From sequence record NC_070950.1: 64,000 bases of DNA, one strand, 5' to 3'. Every line of letters begins with the position of its first letter. Within the stretch, counting starts at the first letter, position 1. The translations under genes were made by a program, and so were the position numbers. The notes below the pieces were generated by a model that did not search any database, had not been told where the DNA came from, and saw nothing but the letters and a program-made list of their open reading frames with translations. Positions 42,055 through 52,034 of the stretch are shown here, piece by piece.

Positions 42055-43332
42055 ATGAATTCTGTCGACATCAACACCTATAAGAAGTTCTTCTCTGCTG
42101 TTGCCGCTGAACTGTTCAGTAATCTGGAAGATCTCAAAATCGTTTCCCATCGTCACGCGCTGTTAAATATTCTGTTTATCGACGGGATCAAAATCAGTAC
42201 GGGTGAACGTCGCCGCTATGCCTTCCACGAAAAGCATCTGAAGGCGGTCAAAGAACGCATTAACCTGGGCGACTTCTCTTTCCTCGATGAGCAGGTTCGG
42301 GATAAAGATTTCCAGCCGCGACAGTATAAAGGCGTCGAAATCGATCACGCTTACGGCTATGTGGTCAGCGCGGTCCCGGTCTTCACTTCCATGGAACAGC
42401 GCGGCACCGGCGATAAGGAATTCGACAACATGACCACCGGCCAACTGGCACGCGTCGATCAGTGGTTCACCGACTACTCTAAGAAAGAAACCGACCAGCT
42501 GAAAACCATCGCTGACTTGACCGAAGCCTGGGGTAAATTCACCACGACGGTCAAGGATCACGATCTCTACTTCGGATTCGACATCGAAGATCATAAAATC
42601 AGTCTGACGCTGGATAAAGCGCCTCCTATCGCTGATGAGATCAAGATCCTTCGTCAGCCGGTTACCCTGGAGCAACTCGCTGAGTTCTCTGAAGATGACC
42701 AGAAACACATTGCTGGTGTTCAGGCTGCCATCGACAAGATGAACGAACTCACTTCAGGGTTCTTCGGCATCGAGCTGGGTAACAAATACCTCACCCAATT
42801 CCGTGAGCGTATTTGGGAGCAGAACTTCTCCATGCCGCTTCAGTACCAGACCAACATCGTCTATGAGTTCACCGATAACACGCCTGAAACTCGTGCCCTC
42901 GTAGAGGAACAAGTCGAAAAGGTTATCAGTCTGCTGAAAGATAAAGAAGCCGAGCTGGGTAATCGCGTCTACCTCGACACTAACTCGCTGGCGACCTTCG
43001 TTATTAACGAAGAAGGCGCTAACGAATACTACGATTACCCAGTGGTCCGTGAGATGTGGTCGAAGTTCGTTCGTTCGTTCGGTAAAGCGATCCTCAACCT
43101 GATGAACCAGACCGAATCGGTTTACTTCAAACCCTACATCTCTAAGGTAACCAAAGTGGAAACCGAAGAAACTGTAGCGGCGCCGGCTCGTGGCGAAACG
43201 CCGCATCTGGTTGCAGTGGATGAACCGGCTTTTGTAGACGGTGATGCAGAAGTGGTAGTTGAGGACGATTCTGCCCAGGATGAAACCTATGCGCTCGAAG
43301 GCAACGCTCAGGCTCCTAGCCAAACCGTTTAA
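42055..43332 (+). CDS. abundant-type hypothetical protein with an acidic tail
   Basis: AGGAG SD; 425 aa; strong codon bias; C-terminus rich in E/D/A. Confidence 0.85.
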   Translation: MNSVDINTYKKFFSAVAAELFSNLEDLKIVSHRHALLNILFIDGIKISTGERRRYAFHEKHLKAVKERINLGDFSFLDEQVRDKDFQPRQYKGVEIDHAYGYVVSAVPVFTSMEQRGTGDKEFDNMTTGQLARVDQWFTDYSKKETDQLKTIADLTEAWGKFTTTVKDHDLYFGFDIEDHKISLTLDKAPPIADEIKILRQPVTLEQLAEFSEDDQKHIAGVQAAIDKMNELTSGFFGIELGNKYLTQFRERIWEQNFSMPLQYQTNIVYEFTDNTPETRALVEEQVEKVISLLKDKEAELGNRVYLDTNSLATFVINEEGANEYYDYPVVREMWSKFVRSFGKAILNLMNQTESVYFKPYISKVTKVETEETVAAPARGETPHLVAVDEPAFVDGDAEVVVEDDSAQDETYALEGNAQAPSQTV

Positions 43333-43350
43333 TCGATAACACAAAGAAAC

Positions 43351-43382
43351 TATTCCTCCTACCCTTACGGGTAGGAGGAATA
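43351..43382. terminator. bidirectional terminator of the CTCCTAC family
   Basis: TATTCCTCCTACCC-ttac-GGGTAGGAGGAATA. Confidence 0.82.
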
Positions 43383-43398
43383 TATTTCTGTTATTTTT

Positions 43399-44058
43399 TT
43401 ACGGCGTTTGTTCATTCTTAGCGGCTATTAACGCAGCCTCTAATTCCTGAATGTACAATTGTTGTTTGGTTATGGTTTCGGCTTGCTTAGCAAGTTTGAT
43501 TTGATCCGTCTCAGCATTAGCGATGGCGTTAAGCCGAGTAGATTCAAATATTTCCGCATCTTCTTTCGAGACATAAGCCCTGGTAGGAATACTACCAATG
43601 TAGCTCTTCGCGTTGACAAGTCCGAAGTTAGTTTTCGCGTAATCTTGGAAGTGATCGATCAACGTGTTAATTTTATCCGCCATCTGAGGAGGGCACGCTC
43701 CCAGGTCGGTGTAAACAACAAATCTTTCAAAGATCACCCCGTCAATTAGGGGAAAGGATTTGATATAGGTGCTGGGAATATAAACCGGAGATCCGTTTTT
43801 AGAGGTCAGGGTGATGATCGCCCCGTTATTCTCTTCTACCAGATCTAAGATACTTTCATAAGCATCTTCTGATATCCCCACTGGTTCGAACATCAATCCC
43901 CAAACATCAATATTCCTGTTTCGGAACTGTGCCGCTGTACAGACGTCTTCCACTTTATAAAAGATGGACTCGTCGACCACTGTTGTAAAAGGTGTGATCG
44001 CGGTAAATTGTCCCGCGGCATAGAGTGAAGGAATGACGTTTTTATCAGTGTCTGCCAT
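43399..44058 (-). CDS. probable virion structural protein
   Basis: 219 aa with a C-terminal coiled coil; sits in the phiKZ-like core block. The structural role is inferred. Confidence 0.55.
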   Translation of the reverse strand: MADTDKNVIPSLYAAGQFTAITPFTTVVDESIFYKVEDVCTAAQFRNRNIDVWGLMFEPVGISEDAYESILDLVEENNGAIITLTSKNGSPVYIPSTYIKSFPLIDGVIFERFVVYTDLGACPPQMADKINTLIDHFQDYAKTNFGLVNAKSYIGSIPTRAYVSKEDAEIFESTRLNAIANAETDQIKLAKQAETITKQQLYIQELEAALIAAKNEQTP

Positions 44059-44068
44059 GGACTAACCT

Positions 44069-45406
44069 CTATTCGGTAATAATCCCGTCTTTAATAAACT
44101 GGGCCTTGGTCACCATTTGGAATCGGGTGGATCCCACTTGAATGGTTGCGAAGAGAATATTGTCCTTGACCAGACGTTTGATCCCTGCCGGCACCAGACC
44201 GTCTTCAGTTAACACTTCTGCTCCGCTGATCAGTGTTTGCATGGCGGTGATGAAGTCGGTTGTGGCCGTAGACATCCATGCGAACTGGGAATCGGTAGAA
44301 GGGATGAGCTGATAATCAGGGTAGAGTTCTTTGATTTTAGTAACTCCGTTAAAGTTCGTCGGTTTACCGGCGAAACAGACTTTAGCGGATTTATAAAGGA
44401 AAGGAACAACCTGCGCTGATTTTATGATATTATCTGACGTAAAACCTATGAGGTATTTCGTCGGATTTGTTAAAAGTGTTTCGTAGCTGGCAATCGGAGA
44501 GTACAGCGAACTTCCATCTGTTTTATTCTCCAGGCCTAATTCATCCCAATAAGGGATCGCAACAAACTGCGTCGGGTTAAAAAGATCAGGGATGGCGTTC
44601 TCCCAATCCTCTTCACTTTCAGACGTTAATGCCAAAATGGCATTCGCTATCTCGGTGTAGATCTGATCTTCCTGATCGTCAGCGTTACCGTAAACCAACA
44701 CAGTGAAATAAACGGTGTTGTAATTCGCGGTGTTTACCAGATCATAGACTTTGAACGGATAGACGAAACGAGAACTGTATCGGTATTCGCCATCATTGGT
44801 TGCTGCTAAGACGCGTTGCTCGATCACGCTAGGGGTTTCTTGAGCAAGTCTGGTAGCAAGCTGCTGATAATTCAGTGTGACGAGTTTATCGATTTCGTCA
44901 TCTGGAAGCACCAGGATAGGGACGATTTCGCAATAAGGATATTCCGCTTCAAAGTAAGCATTAGCGAACCAGATTTTAAAATAAACGGTATCCCCGTTAG
45001 TCAGCGTCTGGGTACCCTCAATATGAGAAGGAAGATAAATGACACTATTCGTGACCATCGTTCCTACACCGCTGAATACTACCCCGGCGGTAAATTGTGC
45101 TTGCACTAACTGCAAGCATGCTGTACTATCGTTAGTTAATACTCCGGCCACCGCTTGCTGATAAAGCCACTGAGCGATGTCCAGCTGTTTGTTTTTTGTT
45201 TCGTCCGGCATGATTTCGGCAACATCATCCTTCACGCCATAAAAATTAATTAAGGTGGGGATGTGATCATCGCTGCGATAGAAACCCGGATCTTTCGAAT
45301 ACGCTCTCGTTTTGCTAGACAGCTCCCCTAACGGGGAAACCACTTTCTCGTGGTTATCACTTAGCGCCGCAATAGCACTAAATGAAAGGTATGAATATTT
45401 GCTCAT
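44069..45406 (-). CDS. probable virion structural protein
   Basis: 445 aa, acidic, rich in T/N/Q; core-block context. Confidence 0.55.
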   Translation of the reverse strand: MSKYSYLSFSAIAALSDNHEKVVSPLGELSSKTRAYSKDPGFYRSDDHIPTLINFYGVKDDVAEIMPDETKNKQLDIAQWLYQQAVAGVLTNDSTACLQLVQAQFTAGVVFSGVGTMVTNSVIYLPSHIEGTQTLTNGDTVYFKIWFANAYFEAEYPYCEIVPILVLPDDEIDKLVTLNYQQLATRLAQETPSVIEQRVLAATNDGEYRYSSRFVYPFKVYDLVNTANYNTVYFTVLVYGNADDQEDQIYTEIANAILALTSESEEDWENAIPDLFNPTQFVAIPYWDELGLENKTDGSSLYSPIASYETLLTNPTKYLIGFTSDNIIKSAQVVPFLYKSAKVCFAGKPTNFNGVTKIKELYPDYQLIPSTDSQFAWMSTATTDFITAMQTLISGAEVLTEDGLVPAGIKRLVKDNILFATIQVGSTRFQMVTKAQFIKDGIITE

Positions 45407-45432
45407 AATGTCGTCCGTTAAGGAAAGTGAAA

Positions 45433-45840
45433 ATGTTTCCCATAGCCAAAGAACTGGTGGATAGGTTCATAGAATGGCTCCTCAGGCGCGCGTCTGGAGA
45501 GACTTTAGAAGAAAAACAGAACTCGGCTATTCGGTATATTTCCTACGTTGCCGGGGGATTATTGTGGGCGGTTTTGACCCTCGTCGTCATCGATATTAAT
45601 TTATCTTTACGTATACACGCAACTGAAGGCGCTGCGGCAGCGGTTAACAAAATGTTCTCTACGGATAGGAACCCTATAGATGAACTGATTAAAATCAACC
45701 GCACGTTAAGCGACAGGGTAGAATCGCTCAGGGAAGAAAATATTCTTTTAATCAAAGATAACTTGCGTCTATTGGATCAAACTAAAGTCATGGAAGATGT
45801 TGTAAAAACCTGCAAAAGACCGTCAACCAAAAAACAGTAA
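45433..45840 (+). CDS. single-TM protein with a C-terminal coiled coil (start 45427 or 45433)
   Basis: AAGGA SD; TM YVAGGLLWAVLTLVVI; heptad-like region. Confidence 0.7.
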   Translation: MFPIAKELVDRFIEWLLRRASGETLEEKQNSAIRYISYVAGGLLWAVLTLVVIDINLSLRIHATEGAAAAVNKMFSTDRNPIDELIKINRTLSDRVESLREENILLIKDNLRLLDQTKVMEDVVKTCKRPSTKKQ

Positions 45841-45847
45841 TATTTTT

Positions 45848-45881
45848 ATACTAGGGATCCCAAATATGGGATCCCTAGTAT
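45848..45881 (+). terminator. long hairpin
   Basis: 15-bp stem ATACTAGGGATCCCA-aata-TGGGATCCCTAGTAT. Confidence 0.7.
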
Positions 45882-45906
45882 TACACAATGACAAAGGCCT
45901 TGAACT

Positions 45907-47397
45907 ATGTCTGAGATTAATCTCGTTTATTATTTAGTGAGTCGAAAAGTAGAAGGTAAGAAAACAGAAAGGGCTTGCGCAGGCGCTTTCGGTTATTCTT
46001 ACGATGTATCCGTGGTGGGTAAGAAGAAGTTACAGAAAGACGTTCCGACTACGGTAGGGTATTATGTCGGGAATACAACGAGCAACGGAACTGTAGTAGA
46101 ACCGATCGATTCTCTTTCTGTGGTTGTTTCGGATAGGGCTCTGGAAATAGAAGCTCAACTGGACTTACTCAAAGTTATTCTGGAGGACGCTGTAGAACAT
46201 GAGGATGTTAAGAACATCGGGTTAATTGGGAAATACCCATTGCTCGAAAAGCTTCTTACAGTGGACCCTTCCAAAATCGTAGAAAAGGAATATAAGTTAG
46301 GTAAAACGGAATTTAATAAAGAGGCAGTTAAATCTCTTACAGATATCCAAGCTCTTATGGATAAACTAAAGGGAAGAAGTAAACTCGTCTTTAACTTCAC
46401 ACTAAGTGTTGAAGGTGGGATGGGCCCTAAGATGGCGTGGCAGTCGGCTGGTATCGCCGAGGTTGAAACGGTTTGGGGAATGGAACCCATCGCGGTTTTA
46501 TACCGTCAACCGATGAAAACTTTCCTTAATCCGGAGAGCGACTTTAACCGCATCATTTGTGGCAGCCGGTGGTATTTTAACACTGGCGAAGGTAACGACT
46601 TCTACGAGCTAAAAGAAGGATACCGCCGGTATGGTTTCGGTAAAGTCGAGAAAGATAAGAAGTATTACGGTAAGCTCACCCCAGATGTGACTTATTCCTC
46701 TTTCTACACACAGACACCGATAGCACTGTTGGATAAGCTTTACGACTATACCGAGAAAAGGACACATAACCCTAAAGGGTTGATGCTCGCCGGGAACATG
46801 CAGTTCGTCAGATCTAAGGAAATAGCCAGGCTTATCGATAACTGCCCTGGGGTAGTGAGAGAAAAGGACTTGATTGTTCCTTTTAGAATGGGTTCTCAGG
46901 ACGAACCTACTTTGGTGGAGCTGATTGACCCGCCTGGACTCACTTACCGGATTTCTGATGTCATGGAAGAACATGACATTATCTTACACAGTTTCTTAAA
47001 TAAAGACGAGTTCAATAAATTCGGGCAATATCAAAAGTTCTACGATATAACGAATGTCATTTTTGAGAAGATCCCAAATAAAAAAGGGGAGATCAAGTTA
47101 AAGCTTCAACCGGACTTCACCCAAAATACCCAAACGTTTAAAGTCAACGTAGAACACCGCAAAGCGGTTAAAGCAGTACCTATAACGTTGAGCGTCGGAT
47201 ACGATTTACCAGAGCGAAATGCGTTTAACTCAGTAAAGGATCCCGATGTTCAAGTTTGGGTTAACATTGACGAAGCCAACGACGGATGTTTGATCTACCG
47301 CATCATTGTTAAAGCGGAAGACTGGATTTACATACATGCGTCCGGATGCGCTAATGTAAGGGTCTTGAATAAAGCCGAGCTAGGTAGAAAAGATTAA
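45907..47397 (+). CDS. phiKZ-like RNase H homologue, catalytic acids apparently missing
   Basis: AGAFGYSY, VPTTVGY, TVVEPID, GK...D..YS, VGYDLPERN; lies next to uvsX, as in related phages. Confidence 0.6.
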   Translation: MSEINLVYYLVSRKVEGKKTERACAGAFGYSYDVSVVGKKKLQKDVPTTVGYYVGNTTSNGTVVEPIDSLSVVVSDRALEIEAQLDLLKVILEDAVEHEDVKNIGLIGKYPLLEKLLTVDPSKIVEKEYKLGKTEFNKEAVKSLTDIQALMDKLKGRSKLVFNFTLSVEGGMGPKMAWQSAGIAEVETVWGMEPIAVLYRQPMKTFLNPESDFNRIICGSRWYFNTGEGNDFYELKEGYRRYGFGKVEKDKKYYGKLTPDVTYSSFYTQTPIALLDKLYDYTEKRTHNPKGLMLAGNMQFVRSKEIARLIDNCPGVVREKDLIVPFRMGSQDEPTLVELIDPPGLTYRISDVMEEHDIILHSFLNKDEFNKFGQYQKFYDITNVIFEKIPNKKGEIKLKLQPDFTQNTQTFKVNVEHRKAVKAVPITLSVGYDLPERNAFNSVKDPDVQVWVNIDEANDGCLIYRIIVKAEDWIYIHASGCANVRVLNKAELGRKD

Positions 47398-47407
47398 CTT
47401 GGTTGAA

Positions 47408-47443
47408 TATAACAGTTAGGGTCGTGAGACCCTAACTGTTATA
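47408..47443. terminator. bidirectional terminator
   Basis: 16-bp stem with a GTGA loop between convergent genes. Confidence 0.82.
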
Positions 47444-47447
47444 CTAT

Positions 47448-48245
47448 TTACTTTAATTTACCCAGTTCTGCTGTTTGAGATTCAAAAACAGCAGTCAGCT
47501 CATTTAAGAGAACCAACCCAGCGCCAGTAACATTAATCAACGTGTTGTACGTATTAATGGTATCCTGGAGTGTTTTTAAACTATCCTTGTCGAAGACCAA
47601 CTGGGACGTTTTGATCTTGTCGACGATGATATTCCCCAGGTGATAAACTTCGTCAATACGATCAGCGAGGGAACGAATGTCCGAGGACTTAATACCCGAT
47701 ACCGCTCCATTGAAATGTTCGACAGTATCGTAGAAGGATTTGAACGAATCGTAAAACTGATTAAGCCGATGGTGGGTATTGCGAGAAGACTGAATCCCTT
47801 CCATAAAGGACTGCAGGTCGTTGGCCAGCGTATCCGTCTTGGTGACGCTGAACCAGAACGAAGAACCGACTGTCCCCGTCTTAGCAACGTCTTTCAGCCA
47901 CTTGTAAATGCGACCGGATTCCGTTAACGCGGTAGAAAGCAGCAGCGCAGTGGAAGAAACCATTTTAACATAATAGCTCCATTCTGTTTTCTCCGGATCA
48001 AAATAAGCCGGACCGGTCAAAGGAACCATTGTATGTTTAAAGTAATTTACTGTGGCGAGGTGTTTGGCTGTCTTGCCGTAATCGATGGTGTGGGCCGATG
48101 ATTTAAGTTGACGAAACGCCTCTTTAAATCCACGTGATATTTCGGTCATTTTAAGTGAAAGAGACTCACCGACAGAAAGTTTTTCAGAACCGTCTATACC
48201 GAAAATAACAGGTTGCTTAACCTGTTCGATAAAACTGTTATTCAT
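47448..48245 (-). CDS. core hypothetical, possibly a virion protein
   Basis: GGAG SD; 265 aa, helical. Confidence 0.7.
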   Translation of the reverse strand: MNNSFIEQVKQPVIFGIDGSEKLSVGESLSLKMTEISRGFKEAFRQLKSSAHTIDYGKTAKHLATVNYFKHTMVPLTGPAYFDPEKTEWSYYVKMVSSTALLLSTALTESGRIYKWLKDVAKTGTVGSSFWFSVTKTDTLANDLQSFMEGIQSSRNTHHRLNQFYDSFKSFYDTVEHFNGAVSGIKSSDIRSLADRIDEVYHLGNIIVDKIKTSQLVFDKDSLKTLQDTINTYNTLINVTGAGLVLLNELTAVFESQTAELGKLK

Positions 48246-48304
48246 TACTGGCGCTCCGTATTATTAGGTCAATAGCGTTTTTCATAGAATCCAAGAGGTA
48301 AACG

Positions 48305-49759
48305 ATGAGTACCCCTTTTCAATTTTTACAAAATGTAAAAAGCAGCCCGATGGTTCACATCGGTTTTAACTATAGTCCGCTTTTTGATATGATCAATGGC
48401 CGATTCTTTAAGGGATACGACGAACAGTATTACCTGAACGGTGGGATCATGGACAACAACGCCACAGTAGGAGGAAGCAACACGCAGAAAACCGGACAGT
48501 TGGTATTTGCCTGCCGTCGTTTCCTGCAGCGATTCCCTATGGGGGTAATCATCTATGTTGACAGCGAGTCCACGTTAGATATTGGGCGATTGGCTGATGC
48601 TGTCGATGCTGATTTCGGCATCCCTGGGTACTTCTACGATGAGATCTTCGACAAACGGTTCATCTATAAAACGAGTAAAGATGAATTCGATGGTACCGCT
48701 TTCCACAATCTCATCAAAGACGCTTACAACAACTTCAAGGACAACAAAGATAACCCGGACATGTATGTCCAAACTCCGTTCCTGGATAAAGAAAATAAAC
48801 GGATCAAATGTATTGCGCCGATCATGGTTATCTGTGATTCTTTAAGCGACCTTCGTTTCACCGAGGCTTCCGCCAAATTCACAGAAGGTGACGTGGACGA
48901 GGGTGGTAAGAAACGTACTCGTGATATGGAGTTCGGTAACCTCAAACGCGTTGTCTTTGAAGACTCCAGCAACCTGGGTGGCATCGCCGGCCTCAGACTG
49001 TGGTGGGTGGGTCAGATCGCCGACATGATTAATATGGACGGGAAGCCGATGGAGAAACAGTCCACCTTCATCCGTCCAGGTAAGAAAATCGCCAAGTGCC
49101 CTAAAGCAATTCTCCAGTTACCGAGTATCGGTTATGAGATCATTAAAGGTAGTGGGTTGAAAGTCGATCAAGAATGGATGTACCCGAATCCATTCGGTCG
49201 CGATGTTGTTATCGACGCCGACGCCAGAGAAAACCCGGATTTATTACTTTACAGCTTTACAATGTATCGTAATAAAGGCGGGAGTTCCGGACTACAATGT
49301 TCGTTCATCGGTTCTCAGTCAGACGGGATCCAGGAAGGACTGAGCATGTATCACACCATTAAAACCGACGGTTATTTCGGTTTAAGTGTGGGTAGTAAAG
49401 TCAGCCACGCTTGTGACCTCATGCCGGACCTTAAGGTTGGTCGAACCACCATTCGTAAAATCGTCAATGAGAACCACCAATTCTACAGGGCGATTACTAT
49501 CTGTTACCAGATGTGGTTCATGCAGAACTATTGGATGCGTTTGGATCACAAATACCGCATGACGCCAGCCGAATTATATGCGAAGGTGGCTGAAGCCGGT
49601 TACGACTGGACAGAACTATTGGAAAACTCCGTCGATTACTGGCATCTCAACCCGGACATCAAGAAACATACTCTGACCACCATGCAGCTGTTGGCTGTTG
49701 CGTGCGGAGAAGGTTCTATTCCGTGGGCTTCTAATCGTTTATTAAAGCAAGCGGCATAA
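48305..49759 (+). CDS. uvsX: UvsX/RecA-like recombinase
   Basis: P-loop VGGSNTQKTG, YVDSESTLD, VICDSLS, GQIAD, RNKGGSSG. Confidence 0.82.
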   Translation: MSTPFQFLQNVKSSPMVHIGFNYSPLFDMINGRFFKGYDEQYYLNGGIMDNNATVGGSNTQKTGQLVFACRRFLQRFPMGVIIYVDSESTLDIGRLADAVDADFGIPGYFYDEIFDKRFIYKTSKDEFDGTAFHNLIKDAYNNFKDNKDNPDMYVQTPFLDKENKRIKCIAPIMVICDSLSDLRFTEASAKFTEGDVDEGGKKRTRDMEFGNLKRVVFEDSSNLGGIAGLRLWWVGQIADMINMDGKPMEKQSTFIRPGKKIAKCPKAILQLPSIGYEIIKGSGLKVDQEWMYPNPFGRDVVIDADARENPDLLLYSFTMYRNKGGSSGLQCSFIGSQSDGIQEGLSMYHTIKTDGYFGLSVGSKVSHACDLMPDLKVGRTTIRKIVNENHQFYRAITICYQMWFMQNYWMRLDHKYRMTPAELYAKVAEAGYDWTELLENSVDYWHLNPDIKKHTLTTMQLLAVACGEGSIPWASNRLLKQAA

Positions 49760-49765
49760 TTTGAA

Positions 49766-49783
49766 GGGGAGGGAGACCTCCCC
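49766..49783 (+). terminator. GAGA-loop hairpin
   Basis: GGGGAGG-gaga-CCTCCCC followed by TACTTTT. Confidence 0.65.
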
Positions 49784-49814
49784 CTACTTTTATTATTTAA
49801 GGATTATTAGGGTT

Positions 49815-50183
49815 ATGATTAAACCAGAACTAACCATTTTGATTGTCTCGGATTCTAACTTTAAGAATCTTTGTGATGACCCGACGAGTTATGTCGAAAA
49901 GCTCTACGGGATCTTAAACAATCGGTATAAGGTTCCTATCAAGATCATTACGGTCAGTGGCCGTTACGGACTCAGCGCAATCGATAGTAACATTGAGACG
50001 CTCGATGTTGAAGATCGCAATAAGACGCTGTTCACCCAAACTATCGAGAACCACGCAGCGGTATTTGACGAACTGCAGATCATTTCTTTAAGTAACATCG
50101 TGGATCCCTTTATAGAAGGTGTAGCGGACACCATGAGTGCGTTACAAAAGAACATTACTCGTTATTCGTACAAACGTAAGTAG
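49815..50183 (+). CDS. hypothetical protein (start moved from 49761)
   Basis: AAGGA and AGGG lie upstream of the ATG at 49815; the longer start runs through the hairpin. Confidence 0.7.
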   Translation: MIKPELTILIVSDSNFKNLCDDPTSYVEKLYGILNNRYKVPIKIITVSGRYGLSAIDSNIETLDVEDRNKTLFTQTIENHAAVFDELQIISLSNIVDPFIEGVADTMSALQKNITRYSYKRK

Positions 50184-50189
50184 GTTAAC

Positions 50190-50864
50190 ATGGGTAACAG
50201 AAAAGCTGCCGAAGACGTTATTTTGGATTTCGTGGGTAAACTCACTAAAGGTGGGTTTAACCTGAAGGTCTATACCGACCTTTTTAAAAACATGAACGAC
50301 GCTCAGTTTGAACAGTTCATCGATAAGATCGATAAACAAGGCGGTATGCCGCTATGGACGTCCAACTGGGATAAGAACGAGCACATCGAATACGACACTG
50401 TCCTCGGACTAGCCAAAGAATACGGGGTAGAACTCGAGACCCAACTCATTATCACCGATGAAGACACTGGTGTAGAACTCATTACACCAGAAACTTATTT
50501 GGTCGGGATAGCCGAGATCCGTAAACAGCGTCAGATGCTCGTCAAAAAGTTTGGGGCCGCTAAAGACGATACCAGCACCGACGACTTAACGGGTCAGGTT
50601 GTTGGGGATAGCCGAGGGACAGGTATTTCCTCCCCAGAGATTAAGATCCTTATGGCGCTCGGACTCAACACCGTGGCAAAAGAGATCTACGATGTCAAAG
50701 GCGGTGATGAAAAGGCATTGGACGTTTACAGAACAGAACTCATGGAGACTGGATCAACTAACGTTAACAACGCCTTGAAGCGGGGCAGTGGTGTCAAATC
50801 CCTTCAGACCACCCACTATCTGTTTAACGCCAGACACATCGAAAACAATATCGATAAGAGGTAA
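50190..50864 (+). CDS. virion RNA polymerase beta C-terminal subunit (phiKZ gp149-like)
   Basis: RQMLVKK...DDLTGQV.GDSRG...SSPE..IL.ALG...EIYDVKGGD matches the RpoB C-terminal TqQP..GGqR.GEME...AyGa...E...vKSdD region. Confidence 0.8.
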   Translation: MGNRKAAEDVILDFVGKLTKGGFNLKVYTDLFKNMNDAQFEQFIDKIDKQGGMPLWTSNWDKNEHIEYDTVLGLAKEYGVELETQLIITDEDTGVELITPETYLVGIAEIRKQRQMLVKKFGAAKDDTSTDDLTGQVVGDSRGTGISSPEIKILMALGLNTVAKEIYDVKGGDEKALDVYRTELMETGSTNVNNALKRGSGVKSLQTTHYLFNARHIENNIDKR

Positions 50865-50866
50865 CG

Positions 50867-51295
50867 ATGGAACACATCAATCGAGCCGTAGAGGTCTGGG
50901 CTCAAGAATTTGCAACGCTGGCAGAAATCGACGAACTCAAAGTTCTGCAAGATGCGATCAGTAATGCGATCATTACGAAGAGCATCCTTTCTTTTGATGA
51001 AGGCGTTTCTGAGCTCGAGCAAAGTTTATCCGCCCAGCCTGAATACTACGATCAAATCCATGGTGTGATCTTCCGGCTATTGGCTGAGGTTCCTTTGGAT
51101 AAGCTTAAAGCTGAACTTAACGAGATCGTTACGGAAATGAATGAAACCGGGTATTTCAAACACTTACGCCCCACTCTGGATACTCCGATGGATGTTTTCT
51201 GTTTCGTTTTAAAGATCTACTACAAACAGATCATTGCGGAGCTGGGTCGACACATTCAAATCCCTACGAAGAAAACTCGCCCTACCAACGTGTAA
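50867..51295 (+). CDS. core hypothetical protein
   Basis: GAGG SD; helical and acidic. Confidence 0.78.
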   Translation: MEHINRAVEVWAQEFATLAEIDELKVLQDAISNAIITKSILSFDEGVSELEQSLSAQPEYYDQIHGVIFRLLAEVPLDKLKAELNEIVTEMNETGYFKHLRPTLDTPMDVFCFVLKIYYKQIIAELGRHIQIPTKKTRPTNV

Positions 51296-51304
51296 AGGAT
51301 TCTC

Positions 51305-52003
51305 ATGAACACGCTTAACGTTTACACCGAACTCGATTCACTTTTTGATTCCCGGCGTGCGACTTTGGAATCACTCCTCCCTAGTAATGAAACCTGGGAA
51401 GGTGTTTACGCCAAGCAGTATAAAGAACGTAAGCTGGATCTATTCGAACGAAAAGAACTCGGGATAACCCAATCCATTTACGAACAGGCTTATGACAAAA
51501 GAGACCTGTCTTTGTTCACCAACATCAAACCGACTCAAGTACTGAGCAAGCTCCTGCTGTTAGTACTGGATAGCGAACAACTGGTCGGTAAACCAATCGC
51601 TTTAAACGTCGTCAACATCACCATTAATCTTTATCCCTACGATCTTGACGAAGATTTGGTTAACGAGTTAGAAAAGAATATCAAACAAGCTTTGGTTTTC
51701 AAAAATGAACTCACTTTTGTTTCCAAACCTCCTACCGAACTCGATGCGAAATATTTTAAAAACTTTGATAACGTTTTTAAATACGACATCCTGATCGGTA
51801 AAGATTCTAAAACGTTCATGGAATCCTTAGCGAAAACTCCTATTAAAGACACGAAGTTCTTCGTACCGGATCTTTACGTTAAACAACCGGATAACGGGAT
51901 CGTTTGCTCCCCTGAAGAACTTGTTGAAAGTTTTAGTTTAGTGCTTGCGCCAGCGCTTACATTACTTTGCGTCCGACATAGCGTTTATGATTACATGGAA
52001 TAA
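51305..52003 (+). CDS. core hypothetical protein
   Basis: AAGGA SD; starts VYTELDSLFDSR. Confidence 0.8.
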   Translation: MNTLNVYTELDSLFDSRRATLESLLPSNETWEGVYAKQYKERKLDLFERKELGITQSIYEQAYDKRDLSLFTNIKPTQVLSKLLLLVLDSEQLVGKPIALNVVNITINLYPYDLDEDLVNELEKNIKQALVFKNELTFVSKPPTELDAKYFKNFDNVFKYDILIGKDSKTFMESLAKTPIKDTKFFVPDLYVKQPDNGIVCSPEELVESFSLVLAPALTLLCVRHSVYDYME

Positions 52004-52005
52004 CA

Positions 52006-52030
52006 GGAGAGAGGGCAATGCCCTCTCTCC
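52006..52030. terminator. bidirectional terminator
   Basis: GGAGAGAGGGC-aat-GCCCTCTCTCC. Confidence 0.75.
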
Positions 52031-52034
52031 CATT

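Noticed and set aside
42163-43344. Two long minus-strand ORFs (181 and 196 aa)
   Set aside because: They are antisense shadows of the codon-biased 42055..43332 gene, with no SD and unnatural composition.
45433-45840. Possible i-spanin or holin
   Set aside because: The TM plus coiled coil fits, but I found no overlapping lipoprotein and no adjacent endolysin.
29708-50864. Introns or inteins in thyA, helicase, uvsX or RNAP
   Set aside because: The frames are continuous and of expected length, with no homing-endonuclease or splicing motifs seen.
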